This document shows positions 9,717-18,804 of a stretch of 64,000 bases of DNA, one piece after another (the first letter of the stretch is position 1; every line of letters starts with the position of its first letter). The translations under genes and the position numbers were made by a program. The stretch spans positions 32,001 to 96,000 of the forward strand of contig JBEKIG010000015.1 of assembly GCA_050011875.1 (NCBI GenBank), given 5' to 3'. The notes under the pieces are model-generated. The model saw nothing but the letters and a program-made list of their open reading frames with translations. It was not told where the DNA came from and made no database searches. The stretch is from Nitrososphaeria archaeon. Its GTDB lineage: Archaea > Thermoproteota > Nitrososphaeria > JACIWG01.

Positions 9717-12455
9717 ATGTCTATGGACGTTAAAGAATTCGATTTAACATACTTTAAAGAGAACCATTTTCTTAGACAACAATGCAAGAAGTGTGGTTCC
9801 TACTTTTGGTCACAGCAGATTAGTGACGTCTGCGGAGAAAGCCCCTGTGTCGAAAACAGTTTCATATATAATCCGCCGACGAAAATACACCTCGATCTAA
9901 ATAAGACTAGAAGTACATTTCTTAATTTTTTTAAGTCAAAAGGACACAAAATCATCAACCCATATCCTGTAGTTGCTAGATGGCGAGACGACCTCTTCTT
10001 TACAATAGCGAGCATTATCGACTTTCAACCATATGTTACAAACGGGGAGATTCCGCCACCAGCAAACCCCCTTGTCGTAAGTCAACCTTGCTTGAGGTTT
10101 GAAGATATTGATAATGTTGGAATTACGTCGGGAAGACATCTGACGATATTTGAAATGGGAGGAGCTCACGCCTTCAATTACCCTGACCATCAAGTATATT
10201 GGAAGGATCAAACGGTCTCGTATCATCATGAACTTTTAACAGAAGTTTTTGGAGTTAAAAGCGAAAAAGTCTCCTACAAGGAACACCTTTGGTCCGGTGG
10301 AGGAAACGCCGGACCAGCGGTAGAGGCTGTAATCGATGGGCTCGAAATCTCAACCTTAGTCTTCATGTGTTATAAGATGGAAAACGGGAATTGGATCCCA
10401 ACATCTGTAAGAACAGTTGACACTGGATACGGGATGGAAAGATGGGCATGGTTGAGCACTGGTCAATCAACAGCGTTCCATGCGATATTTGGCCCTCTTC
10501 TACCCAAGTTCTCAGAAATAATCGGGATAAATGTAGATGAAAAAGTGCTATATGAGACAGGAAGGCTTTCTGGCGCATTTAAAGTAGAATTCCCCCAACT
10601 GTTGTTTAACAGTAGAAAATTAGTCGCAGAAAGACTTGGGATGAGTCTTGAAGAATATCGAAAAACTATTGAGCCATTCGAAAAACTTTGCGCAGTTCTG
10701 GACCATACAAAATCGCTTTCATTCCTTCTTTCCGAAGGGGTTGTGCCCTCTAATGTTAAAACAGGATACCTCGCAAGAATGCTGCTTAGAAGGGTCTATA
10801 GAACATTAAGTGAGTTCTCAAAAGAAGATAAACTATTAGATTTAATGGAGCTTCAAATAAGATATTGGTCACCGCATTTTAAGCAATTGAAAGAGGCTAG
10901 AGGAGAAATAATTGAACTCACAGATGTGGAAACAAAGAAGTACCAAAGGACGCTAGAGAGAGAAATAGAATATGTTTCCAAGACCCTACGTTCGTTAAAA
11001 AAGGGTAATACGGAGACGGTTCCAAACAGCACACTTGTAGAATTCTATGAATCGCACGGTATACACCCCTTGCAGGTCAAAGAAAAGGCAAATGAGATCG
11101 GCCTAGAAGTTGAAATCCCATCTGACTTCTTCTCGTCGATCATTAAGATGCATGCGCCCAAGATTCAAAGGGAAGAGACAAACGAGTTAGAAGAAGTAAT
11201 AATAAAAGAAAAAATTCCTTTCACCGAAAGGCTGTTCTACAAGAGCACAAAACTGTTCGATTTTGAGGCTAAAGTAATATTTACATGGAAAAATAACGTA
11301 ATCTTGGATAGAACTGCTTTCTACGCGGAAAGCGGAGGTCAACTCTCAGACCTAGGAAAGATTGTCTGGAAAGAAGGGGAAGCAAATGTCACCCAAGTAA
11401 TGAAGATAGGAGGAGTAATCGCTCATACTGTAGACAACGTGCCATCTATTGGCGCAACAATTACTGGGCACGTAGATAAAGATAGGAGAATAGCACTCTC
11501 TATACACCATACTTCTACACATATTATAAACGGCGCAGCCAGAAAGGTGCTAGGAGAGCACGTATGGCAGGCGGGAGCACAAAAGGACGTTAAAGAATCT
11601 AGACTCGACATAACGCATTACTCTAACATTTCAGATGAAGAAGTCAAGAAAATAGAAAAAATAGCTAATGAAATCGTAAGAGAAAACATACCTGTTAAAG
11701 TATACGAGCTTCCTAGGCTGGAGGCTGAAAAGAAGTACGGTTATAGGCTATATCAAGGAGGTGCAGTACCAGGAAAAGAGCTCAGAGTAATAAAGATCGG
11801 AAATCATGATGTCGAAGCATGTGGAGGAACCCACATGGAGCGAACAGGAGACATTGGATTCATAAAGATAGTCAAAGTAGAGCACATCCAGGATGGCGTA
11901 GAAAGGATTATTTTTGCTTCAGGAGAAGCAGCCTTGGAGAAGGTGCAGGCGACGACCGATATAGTAAAAGATGTATCAAATAAGCTGCTTGTTCCGCCGG
12001 AGAAGATTCCTGAAACGTTACAAAAAAACCTTCTTGAAGTGGAGGAACTGCACAAGAAGATCAAAAAATATGGTAAAAGAATATCTGAAATGAGTCTATC
12101 CTATATAAAAGAAAAGGCTGAACCGATTACAGATATAAAAGTCTACTTCACAATAGACCCGGACCTTGAAGAAAGCACACAGATCGAGGTTGGTAGTCAG
12201 GCTATAAAAGTGATGGCAGATCTTCTATACATAGCTTTAATTCCATCCAACAATGTTGTTCAACTTATAGTCTTCTCAGGGGAATCGGTTCAACGTAAAG
12301 GTATTTACGCAAACGACATCGTAAAGAAAATCGCAGGCGTAATAGGCGGATCAGGAGGCGGCGATAAGAGATTTGGTAGTGGCGGAGGAAACGAAGTTGG
12401 AAAGGTTAAAGAAGCACATGAAGCTCTTATGAGATATGTAGGGAGCACGGTCTAG
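9717..12455 (+). CDS. alaS: Alanine--tRNA ligase
   Basis: FTIASIIDFQP, DTGYGMER, editing HxxxH and CGGTH, GGSGGG C-Ala domain. Confidence 0.97.
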   Translation: MSMDVKEFDLTYFKENHFLRQQCKKCGSYFWSQQISDVCGESPCVENSFIYNPPTKIHLDLNKTRSTFLNFFKSKGHKIINPYPVVARWRDDLFFTIASIIDFQPYVTNGEIPPPANPLVVSQPCLRFEDIDNVGITSGRHLTIFEMGGAHAFNYPDHQVYWKDQTVSYHHELLTEVFGVKSEKVSYKEHLWSGGGNAGPAVEAVIDGLEISTLVFMCYKMENGNWIPTSVRTVDTGYGMERWAWLSTGQSTAFHAIFGPLLPKFSEIIGINVDEKVLYETGRLSGAFKVEFPQLLFNSRKLVAERLGMSLEEYRKTIEPFEKLCAVLDHTKSLSFLLSEGVVPSNVKTGYLARMLLRRVYRTLSEFSKEDKLLDLMELQIRYWSPHFKQLKEARGEIIELTDVETKKYQRTLEREIEYVSKTLRSLKKGNTETVPNSTLVEFYESHGIHPLQVKEKANEIGLEVEIPSDFFSSIIKMHAPKIQREETNELEEVIIKEKIPFTERLFYKSTKLFDFEAKVIFTWKNNVILDRTAFYAESGGQLSDLGKIVWKEGEANVTQVMKIGGVIAHTVDNVPSIGATITGHVDKDRRIALSIHHTSTHIINGAARKVLGEHVWQAGAQKDVKESRLDITHYSNISDEEVKKIEKIANEIVRENIPVKVYELPRLEAEKKYGYRLYQGGAVPGKELRVIKIGNHDVEACGGTHMERTGDIGFIKIVKVEHIQDGVERIIFASGEAALEKVQATTDIVKDVSNKLLVPPEKIPETLQKNLLEVEELHKKIKKYGKRISEMSLSYIKEKAEPITDIKVYFTIDPDLEESTQIEVGSQAIKVMADLLYIALIPSNNVVQLIVFSGESVQRKGIYANDIVKKIAGVIGGSGGGDKRFGSGGGNEVGKVKEAHEALMRYVGSTV

Positions 12456-12456
12456 A

Positions 12457-15306
12457 ATGGATAATGCCTATGAAAAAAAATGGATAGATGAATGGGCAAG
12501 AAATGGAATATTTAATGCAGAAGTTAAAGTTGACCAGCCTAAAATATTCGTCAACGCGCCATTTCCGTATATGAATGGACCGCTTCACATTGGACACGCT
12601 TTTACCTACACTCGGCTTGATACCTTTGCAAGGTTCAAGAGGATGAGAGGGTACAATGTCCTTTTTCCTTTTGCTTGGCACTGGACAGGCGAGGCCGTAG
12701 CAGGACAGTCTGTAAGATTAATGAAGGGAGATCCAGCGGTTATTAGGGCTTTCGTAGAGATAGATGGCATACCAAAAGATGAACTTTATAAATTCTCGTC
12801 TCCTTACAATCTTGCAGAATATTACACGGGAGTAAGCAGAATAGCACTGCAAAGACTTGGCCTCTCTATAGACTGGCGCAGGGAATTTTTTACAACAAGC
12901 TATAACAAAGGCTTCAGCAAGTTTGTTGAATGGCAGTATCTTAAACTAAGATCTATGGGATTCGTTGTTAAGGGGTCACACCCTGTAGTTTGGTGCCCAT
13001 TAGATCAGAGCCCTACGGGAGACCATGACCGACTTGAAGGCGAAGGTGTATCTCCTGAAGAGTTCTATGTGGTTTTTTTTAAAATCGATGATGCTTTCTT
13101 AGCAGCAGCTACATTCAGACCTGAAACGATATATGGCACCACCAACGTCTGGGTCCTACCCGATGGTGAATACGTAAAAGCCCGAATCAACGGGAACATG
13201 CTGATAGTCAGCAAAGAATTCGCTCAGAAGATAGTCGATCAGGACAGGAAGGTGGAGGTCCTTGACACGTTTAGGGGAAAGGATCTTGTCGGTAGGAAAT
13301 GTGTTGTCCCACTGTCAGAACAGAGTGTCCCAATACTGCCTGCCACATTTGTAGACGTAAATTATGGAACGGGAATTGTATACAGTGTTCCAGCGCACGC
13401 GCCTTATGACTGGTTGGCATTAAGAGACATACAGGAATCGCCCCCTGAAGGATTAAAGGAAATAGTTAGTAAGATAAAACCGATTTCTATCATCAGGGTA
13501 GAAGGATTCGGAGAATATCCCGCGTTAGAAATAGTGGATCAATTGAGTGTTAAGGACCAGCATGACGAACGAGCTGCAAAGGCCACAGAGACAATCTACA
13601 GTAAGGAATTTCATACTGGAATTATGAAGGGGAACTGTGGACAGCTCAGTGGAATGACCGTCAAAGACGCTAAAACGAAGGTAATAGAGGAACTGGCTTC
13701 CAAGGGCCTTGGAGACAAAATATTTGATCTCCCTGAACTGGTTAGATGCCGATGTGGAACAAGGTGCATAGTCAAAATATTGCGTGACCAATGGTTCTTG
13801 AACTATAGCAACGAGGAATGGAAGGTGGAGGTAAGGAAACACGTCAAGGCTATGATAGTTTTACCTGAGGAAGCAAGAGCATGGATACTTGCAACAGTTG
13901 ACTGGCTTAACAATTGGCCTTGTGCAAGGAAGACAGGGATGGGGACCCCAATGCCATGGGATAAGGATTGGATAGTGGAGACGCTTAGCGACTCAACAAT
14001 ATACATGGCATATTATATTATAAGTAAATATGTGAACGAGAGAAAAATTCTGCCAGAACAGTTGAATCAAGAATTCTTTGATTATGTTTTATTGGAAGAA
14101 GTCAACGTCGACGTAGCATCGTCTAAGACAGGGATAAGGCCCGAATTAATCCAAAAAATACACGAAGACTTTCTCTACTGGTATCCCGTCGATCTCAGGA
14201 ATTCTGCTAAAGAGCTGATTCCTAATCATCTAACATTCTTTCTCTTCCAGCACCTCGCAATCTTTCCAAAGAAACTCTGGCCAAGAGGAATAAGTGTCAA
14301 CGGAATGATAACTATAGATGGAAAGAAGATGTCTAAGTCTAGAGGGATATTTACGACAATAGCAAAAGAAATCGACAAATATGGTGCTGACGTTGTCAGA
14401 GCGTCGTTGATCTATGGAGCGGAGCAGATGGACGACCCTGATTGGAACGAGAACATCCCGAAACTCATGCTTCAGAAGATAAATTCTATTTCCGAGCTTG
14501 TTTTAGAACTCAGATCAAAAGCCGTAAAAAGAGAAAGGGGTTTCTTCGAAGAACTACTGGTAGCCGAAGTAAAGGAAATGGTGCTTGCTACGGCTGAAAA
14601 TTTGGAGCTTATGAAGACCAAGACTGCGTTCCAGATCGCTTTCTTCGACATACAAAACGCCATAAGGAGATACGTAAAGCAGGTTGGAGCACCGGAAGCA
14701 AGCACAGTAGAATTGGTAACAGATTATTGGTTAAAGACGTTGTCACCTTTCATTCCCTTCATCTGTGAGGAACTGTGGCATAAAATCGGAGGACAAACCT
14801 TTATTTCTAGAGAAGAGTGGCCGCTGATCATCCTAGATGAGAAGGAAAGGATACTGAAGACAGAAAATAAACTTGTAGAGTCATTAATATCTGATTTAAA
14901 GGAGATACAAAAGATTGCAAAAACTGATATGAAAAAAGCTCACATATACGTTGCTCCAAAGGAGCTTGCCAATATGGTGTTTGATTACGCTGATGAACAG
15001 AGCAAGGGGGTTTCCCCAAAAGATGCCATAAAAAAGATAAGTGGAAACATAAAAGATAAGAAACTGATGGCGTATGTTCCTCAGATAATAAAGTTCTCCA
15101 ATATATTGGACAAAGACGTAGTTAATGAAATAAGAAAGATTAAAGACTTCGAAGAAATTGAGATATACAAAGAGAACATGTCTTATATTGAAAAGGAAAC
15201 AGGAACCAGACTTGAAATCGTCCATTCGAACCAGCAAGGAATATACGATCCCAAGGGTAAGGCAAAAAATGCACTACCATTCAGACCTGCGATATTTATA
15301 GAATAA
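12457..15306 (+). CDS. leuS: Leucine--tRNA ligase
   Basis: PYMNGPLHIGH, DHDRLEGEG, AATFRPET, KMSKS, KAKNALPFRPAI. Confidence 0.97.
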   Translation: MDNAYEKKWIDEWARNGIFNAEVKVDQPKIFVNAPFPYMNGPLHIGHAFTYTRLDTFARFKRMRGYNVLFPFAWHWTGEAVAGQSVRLMKGDPAVIRAFVEIDGIPKDELYKFSSPYNLAEYYTGVSRIALQRLGLSIDWRREFFTTSYNKGFSKFVEWQYLKLRSMGFVVKGSHPVVWCPLDQSPTGDHDRLEGEGVSPEEFYVVFFKIDDAFLAAATFRPETIYGTTNVWVLPDGEYVKARINGNMLIVSKEFAQKIVDQDRKVEVLDTFRGKDLVGRKCVVPLSEQSVPILPATFVDVNYGTGIVYSVPAHAPYDWLALRDIQESPPEGLKEIVSKIKPISIIRVEGFGEYPALEIVDQLSVKDQHDERAAKATETIYSKEFHTGIMKGNCGQLSGMTVKDAKTKVIEELASKGLGDKIFDLPELVRCRCGTRCIVKILRDQWFLNYSNEEWKVEVRKHVKAMIVLPEEARAWILATVDWLNNWPCARKTGMGTPMPWDKDWIVETLSDSTIYMAYYIISKYVNERKILPEQLNQEFFDYVLLEEVNVDVASSKTGIRPELIQKIHEDFLYWYPVDLRNSAKELIPNHLTFFLFQHLAIFPKKLWPRGISVNGMITIDGKKMSKSRGIFTTIAKEIDKYGADVVRASLIYGAEQMDDPDWNENIPKLMLQKINSISELVLELRSKAVKRERGFFEELLVAEVKEMVLATAENLELMKTKTAFQIAFFDIQNAIRRYVKQVGAPEASTVELVTDYWLKTLSPFIPFICEELWHKIGGQTFISREEWPLIILDEKERILKTENKLVESLISDLKEIQKIAKTDMKKAHIYVAPKELANMVFDYADEQSKGVSPKDAIKKISGNIKDKKLMAYVPQIIKFSNILDKDVVNEIRKIKDFEEIEIYKENMSYIEKETGTRLEIVHSNQQGIYDPKGKAKNALPFRPAIFIE

Positions 15307-15458
15307 CGTGAACACCATTATTTTTAAAAATTTCAACTTTTGAGGTGAATTGACAACAACACTTCTAGAATGCTATTTACGAATTCGCCTATACTAATGC
15401 GCACAGATTTAAGAGAAAGATTTAAATTTTTCACTGGCAAACTAGCCACTGACTAGAT

Positions 15459-15749
15459 ATGACTGTTGTAGCAGATATAGCGATTATGCCAGTTGGCGAG
15501 GGTACAAGCCTAAGCAAGTATGTTAAAAGAGCAGTTGGAGAATTGAAGAAGTCAGGGCTTAAGGTTGAGGTTGGAGCCATGTCTACAAGTATCGAAGCCC
15601 AATCAACTGAACAAATCTTTAAAGCTTTTGAAAGGACTAAGGAGGCACTGTTCGAAATGGGCGCAAAGCGAGTGTATACCACAATCAGAATAGATGAAAG
15701 AAGGGATAAGAAGATAGACATAGAAAGTAAAAAGTCGGCTGTACTATAA
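15459..15749 (+). CDS. MTH1187/YqgV family thiamine-binding-like protein
   Basis: ADIAIMPVG..SLSKYV, GAMSTSIE, RVYTTIRIDERRDK. Confidence 0.85.
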   Translation: MTVVADIAIMPVGEGTSLSKYVKRAVGELKKSGLKVEVGAMSTSIEAQSTEQIFKAFERTKEALFEMGAKRVYTTIRIDERRDKKIDIESKKSAVL

Positions 15750-15938
15750 GTAGGCATAATTTGCACGTAATAGAAGAAGGGAGATAGTGCAAAGTCTTTT
15801 TTTTAGAGCGCAAAAAATATAATCAACAATCACTGTTATGTTGAAGGAGATGAAAAATCTTTAAAGCATTTCTTGCCGGTTTTAATTTCAACGGTCTTCA
15901 GCAAAGACCTAATTGTTCGGTTGGATGGTGAAGAAGGA

Positions 15939-16619
15939 ATGAAGACGTCTAGAGAAAAGGGGGAAGTTGATGTAATAATTCGCGCGGATGACGTAACCAT
16001 AGAAGGCAGCCTTGTGGCACCTGAAGGTGCAAAGGGGGTCGTACTATTTGCCCACGGAAGCGGGAGCAGTAGATTTAGCCCAAGGAACAGGTACGTTGCC
16101 AGCGTGCTCCAAAGGGAACGATTTGCTACCTTGTTAATGGACCTTCTGACAAAGGATGAAGAGCGAATCGATATGCTGACTGCGGAGTTCAGATTTGACA
16201 CGGAAATGCTCTCAAATCGACTTCTACATGCGACAGAATGGGTCAGAGGAAACGTGGAAACCAGAAATCTTGCTATAGGTTACTTTGGAGCGAGCACTGG
16301 TGCGGCTGCAGCAATTATTGCGGCAGCAAAGAATCCGAATAACGTCCAAGCGATTGTTTCCCGAGGAGGCCGTCCTGATCTTGCAATAAATTACATTTCA
16401 AAGGTTGAGGCACCCACCCTCTTAATCGTGGGAGGAAATGATGTTCCGGTGATCAAGATGAACGAGCAGGCTTTAAAATACCTTCATGCGGTGAAGAAGA
16501 TTGAGGTTGTTCCCGGCGCTTCACACTTATTTGAAGAGCCTAGAGCTCTTGAAGAAGTAGCTAAACTCGCAACTGCCTGGTTCAACAGATATCTGATGCG
16601 TACAACAGGTAAAGGGTAA
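15939..16619 (+). CDS. Dienelactone-hydrolase-like alpha/beta hydrolase
   Basis: FAHGSGSSRFSPRN, GYFGASTGA, VSRGGRPDLA, HLFEEP. Confidence 0.88.
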   Translation: MKTSREKGEVDVIIRADDVTIEGSLVAPEGAKGVVLFAHGSGSSRFSPRNRYVASVLQRERFATLLMDLLTKDEERIDMLTAEFRFDTEMLSNRLLHATEWVRGNVETRNLAIGYFGASTGAAAAIIAAAKNPNNVQAIVSRGGRPDLAINYISKVEAPTLLIVGGNDVPVIKMNEQALKYLHAVKKIEVVPGASHLFEEPRALEEVAKLATAWFNRYLMRTTGKG

Positions 16620-16757
16620 CCGTTGCACCCTAAGCTAATGTAGATGTTAAGAGATGAATTTTTCACAAAAAACAAAGTTAAAAGCATCTAGTGAAGACTT
16701 TATAGTCTAGGAAATCGGATACCATATTTAACCATGAAGGAGGTATGGTAGAGAATC

Positions 16758-17429
16758 ATGAACGGAATTGTAAAACTGCCTTTCCAAGACAGAGAGGAAG
16801 CGGGAAAAATGCTAGCGTTAAAATTAACTGAGTACTCAAATAAAGACACGATAGTTCTCGCTATACCGAGAGGCGGTGTTGTAATAGGCTACCAGATTGC
16901 TCGCAAATTAAAAGCCCCCTTAGACATAATAGTCCCGAGGAAAATTGGAGCCCCCGACAACTCAGAGTTGGCTATAGGAGCCGTTGCAGAAGATGGAAGT
17001 TTAAGCTTGGATGAATCAGCTGTCATGTACATGAACATTTCTAAATCATATATAGAGGAGGAGAGCAGAAGACAGATTACTGAGATTAGACGCAGGCTAA
17101 AACTTTACAGAGGGGAAACGCCTTATCCCATGTTGCAAGATCATGTTATCATAATCGTAGACGATGGTATAGCCACTGGTTCAACAATAAAGGCGGCTAT
17201 TGCTTCGATCCGCAAGAAAAAACCTAAATCGGTTGTTGTAGCTGTTCCCGTAGCCCCACGATCAACGGTGAAGGAGCTGGAAAAGGAGGCTGATAGAGTT
17301 ATCTGCCTCTCCACCCCGGAATTCTTTTACGCTATAGGACAATTCTACGTGGACTTCTCACAAACCACAGATGGAGAAGTCATAAGACTGTTAAAAAAAA
17401 GTAGGGAAGAGACAGAAACATACGTTTAA
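16758..17429 (+). CDS. Phosphoribosyltransferase (Rv0571c/Rv2030c N-domain-like)
   Basis: FxDRxEAG, LAIPRGGV, RKIGAP, VDDGIATGST PRPP loop, AIGQFYxDFSQ. Confidence 0.88.
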   Translation: MNGIVKLPFQDREEAGKMLALKLTEYSNKDTIVLAIPRGGVVIGYQIARKLKAPLDIIVPRKIGAPDNSELAIGAVAEDGSLSLDESAVMYMNISKSYIEEESRRQITEIRRRLKLYRGETPYPMLQDHVIIIVDDGIATGSTIKAAIASIRKKKPKSVVVAVPVAPRSTVKELEKEADRVICLSTPEFFYAIGQFYVDFSQTTDGEVIRLLKKSREETETYV

Positions 17430-17520
17430 ACTCAGGTCGAATACCTGCTATTTTGAATAAACTTCTATTAGTTCCTGAACAGTAAATGAAGCGAAAAACA
17501 AGAGTGTAAAATAAGATGCC

Positions 17521-17748
17521 TTAACCCTCCTCTACCTTAGCCTTCTTTAAAATTTGTCTCGCTTGCTGCTCTCCTAAAAGCCTTATGAGCTTACTTTCAG
17601 ATTCCTTACCTTTCCAAGACTCCAGTATCTGTTTTACCGGCTCTCCGATCTCTGGAACTAAGTCCCGAACAGCCTGTTCGATTACCTTTTTCCGCTTAAC
17701 TACATCCTCTGGTTTAAACACTTTCCCCATAAAGTAGAACCCCGGCAT
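17521..17748 (-). CDS. Small hypothetical protein
   Basis: 75-aa ORF filling an intergenic gap with protein-like composition; no recognised motif. Confidence 0.6.
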   Translation of the reverse strand: MPGFYFMGKVFKPEDVVKRKKVIEQAVRDLVPEIGEPVKQILESWKGKESESKLIRLLGEQQARQILKKAKVEEG

Positions 17749-17915
17749 ACTGTTATCTACGTTAACTACCTTTAACTTTTGCGATTAATTTTACAAATAA
17801 TTTTTTAGATTAAAGGTAACCGTCTGAAAATGAACCATAGATAAAAATAGTTAAAAAATAAGGACTAAAGAGAAAAGTTTAATGCTTTCCGAACCCATTT
17901 TTATCAGATGTTTTC

Positions 17916-18488
17916 TTGCGTGTGTTAAAGAATTCTGCACTAATCGTTACAGACATCCAAAACGACTTTTGCCCAGGCGGAGCCCTTCCAGTGTCAGAAG
18001 GTGACAAAATAATTCCGACAGTAAACCGGTATATCGAAAGGTTCGAAAAAGCGAACTCCCTTGTAATTGCCTCTAGAGATTGGCACCCTAAAAATCACAT
18101 TTCTTTCAAGTCGCGAGGCGGGATTTGGCCTGAACATTGCGTACAGAACACCAAGGGTGCGGAATTTCATCCCAATCTAAGGCTTCCGAAGAAGGTTCAA
18201 GTTATTTCTAAAGCTGACAATCCAGACAAGGAAGCGTACTCGGTCTTCCAAGGTACCGGCTTGGATGCTTTGTTACGGAAGAATGCTATTAAAGAACTAT
18301 TTGTAGCTGGATTGACAACCGATTACTGCGTCAAGAATACAGTAATTGATGGCCTAGCTATGGGATATAAAGTCTATCTCTTAGTTGACGCGATCAAAGG
18401 CGTAGAAGTTAACCCAGGAGACAGTCAAAGGGCGATTGAGGAAATGATCTCAAAAGGCGCCATTAAAATAGATGAGCTAGAGCAATAA
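17916..18488 (+). CDS. pncA: Nicotinamidase/pyrazinamidase
   Basis: DIQNDFCPGGAL, DWHP, WPEHCVQ, GLTTDYCV. Confidence 0.92.
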   Translation: MRVLKNSALIVTDIQNDFCPGGALPVSEGDKIIPTVNRYIERFEKANSLVIASRDWHPKNHISFKSRGGIWPEHCVQNTKGAEFHPNLRLPKKVQVISKADNPDKEAYSVFQGTGLDALLRKNAIKELFVAGLTTDYCVKNTVIDGLAMGYKVYLLVDAIKGVEVNPGDSQRAIEEMISKGAIKIDELEQ

Positions 18489-18804
18489 AAATGAGTTTTA
18501 AAGATAATCGGATTATTCCCACTCCATTTCTTTAAAAAATCAGGGAACATAATAAGGGAAAGTTATGTAAATTATTGTCATTCATAAAGGTATGAAGATG
18601 TTCACAAGTTTCCACATATCTGGTGTGATGACATAAAGTTTTAGAAAAATTCTCACGTATCTCTAAATGTTCCTTTTCAAAGAAGTTGAATTACTCGAAA
18701 AGAGTCTTAGAAAGGAGGGCCTAATGTCATAATCTTTAGTTAACCATTACAGAATTTTTTGAAAAAGTTTATTTCCGAAAAAAATATTTTAAAATTTGTT
18801 AAGG

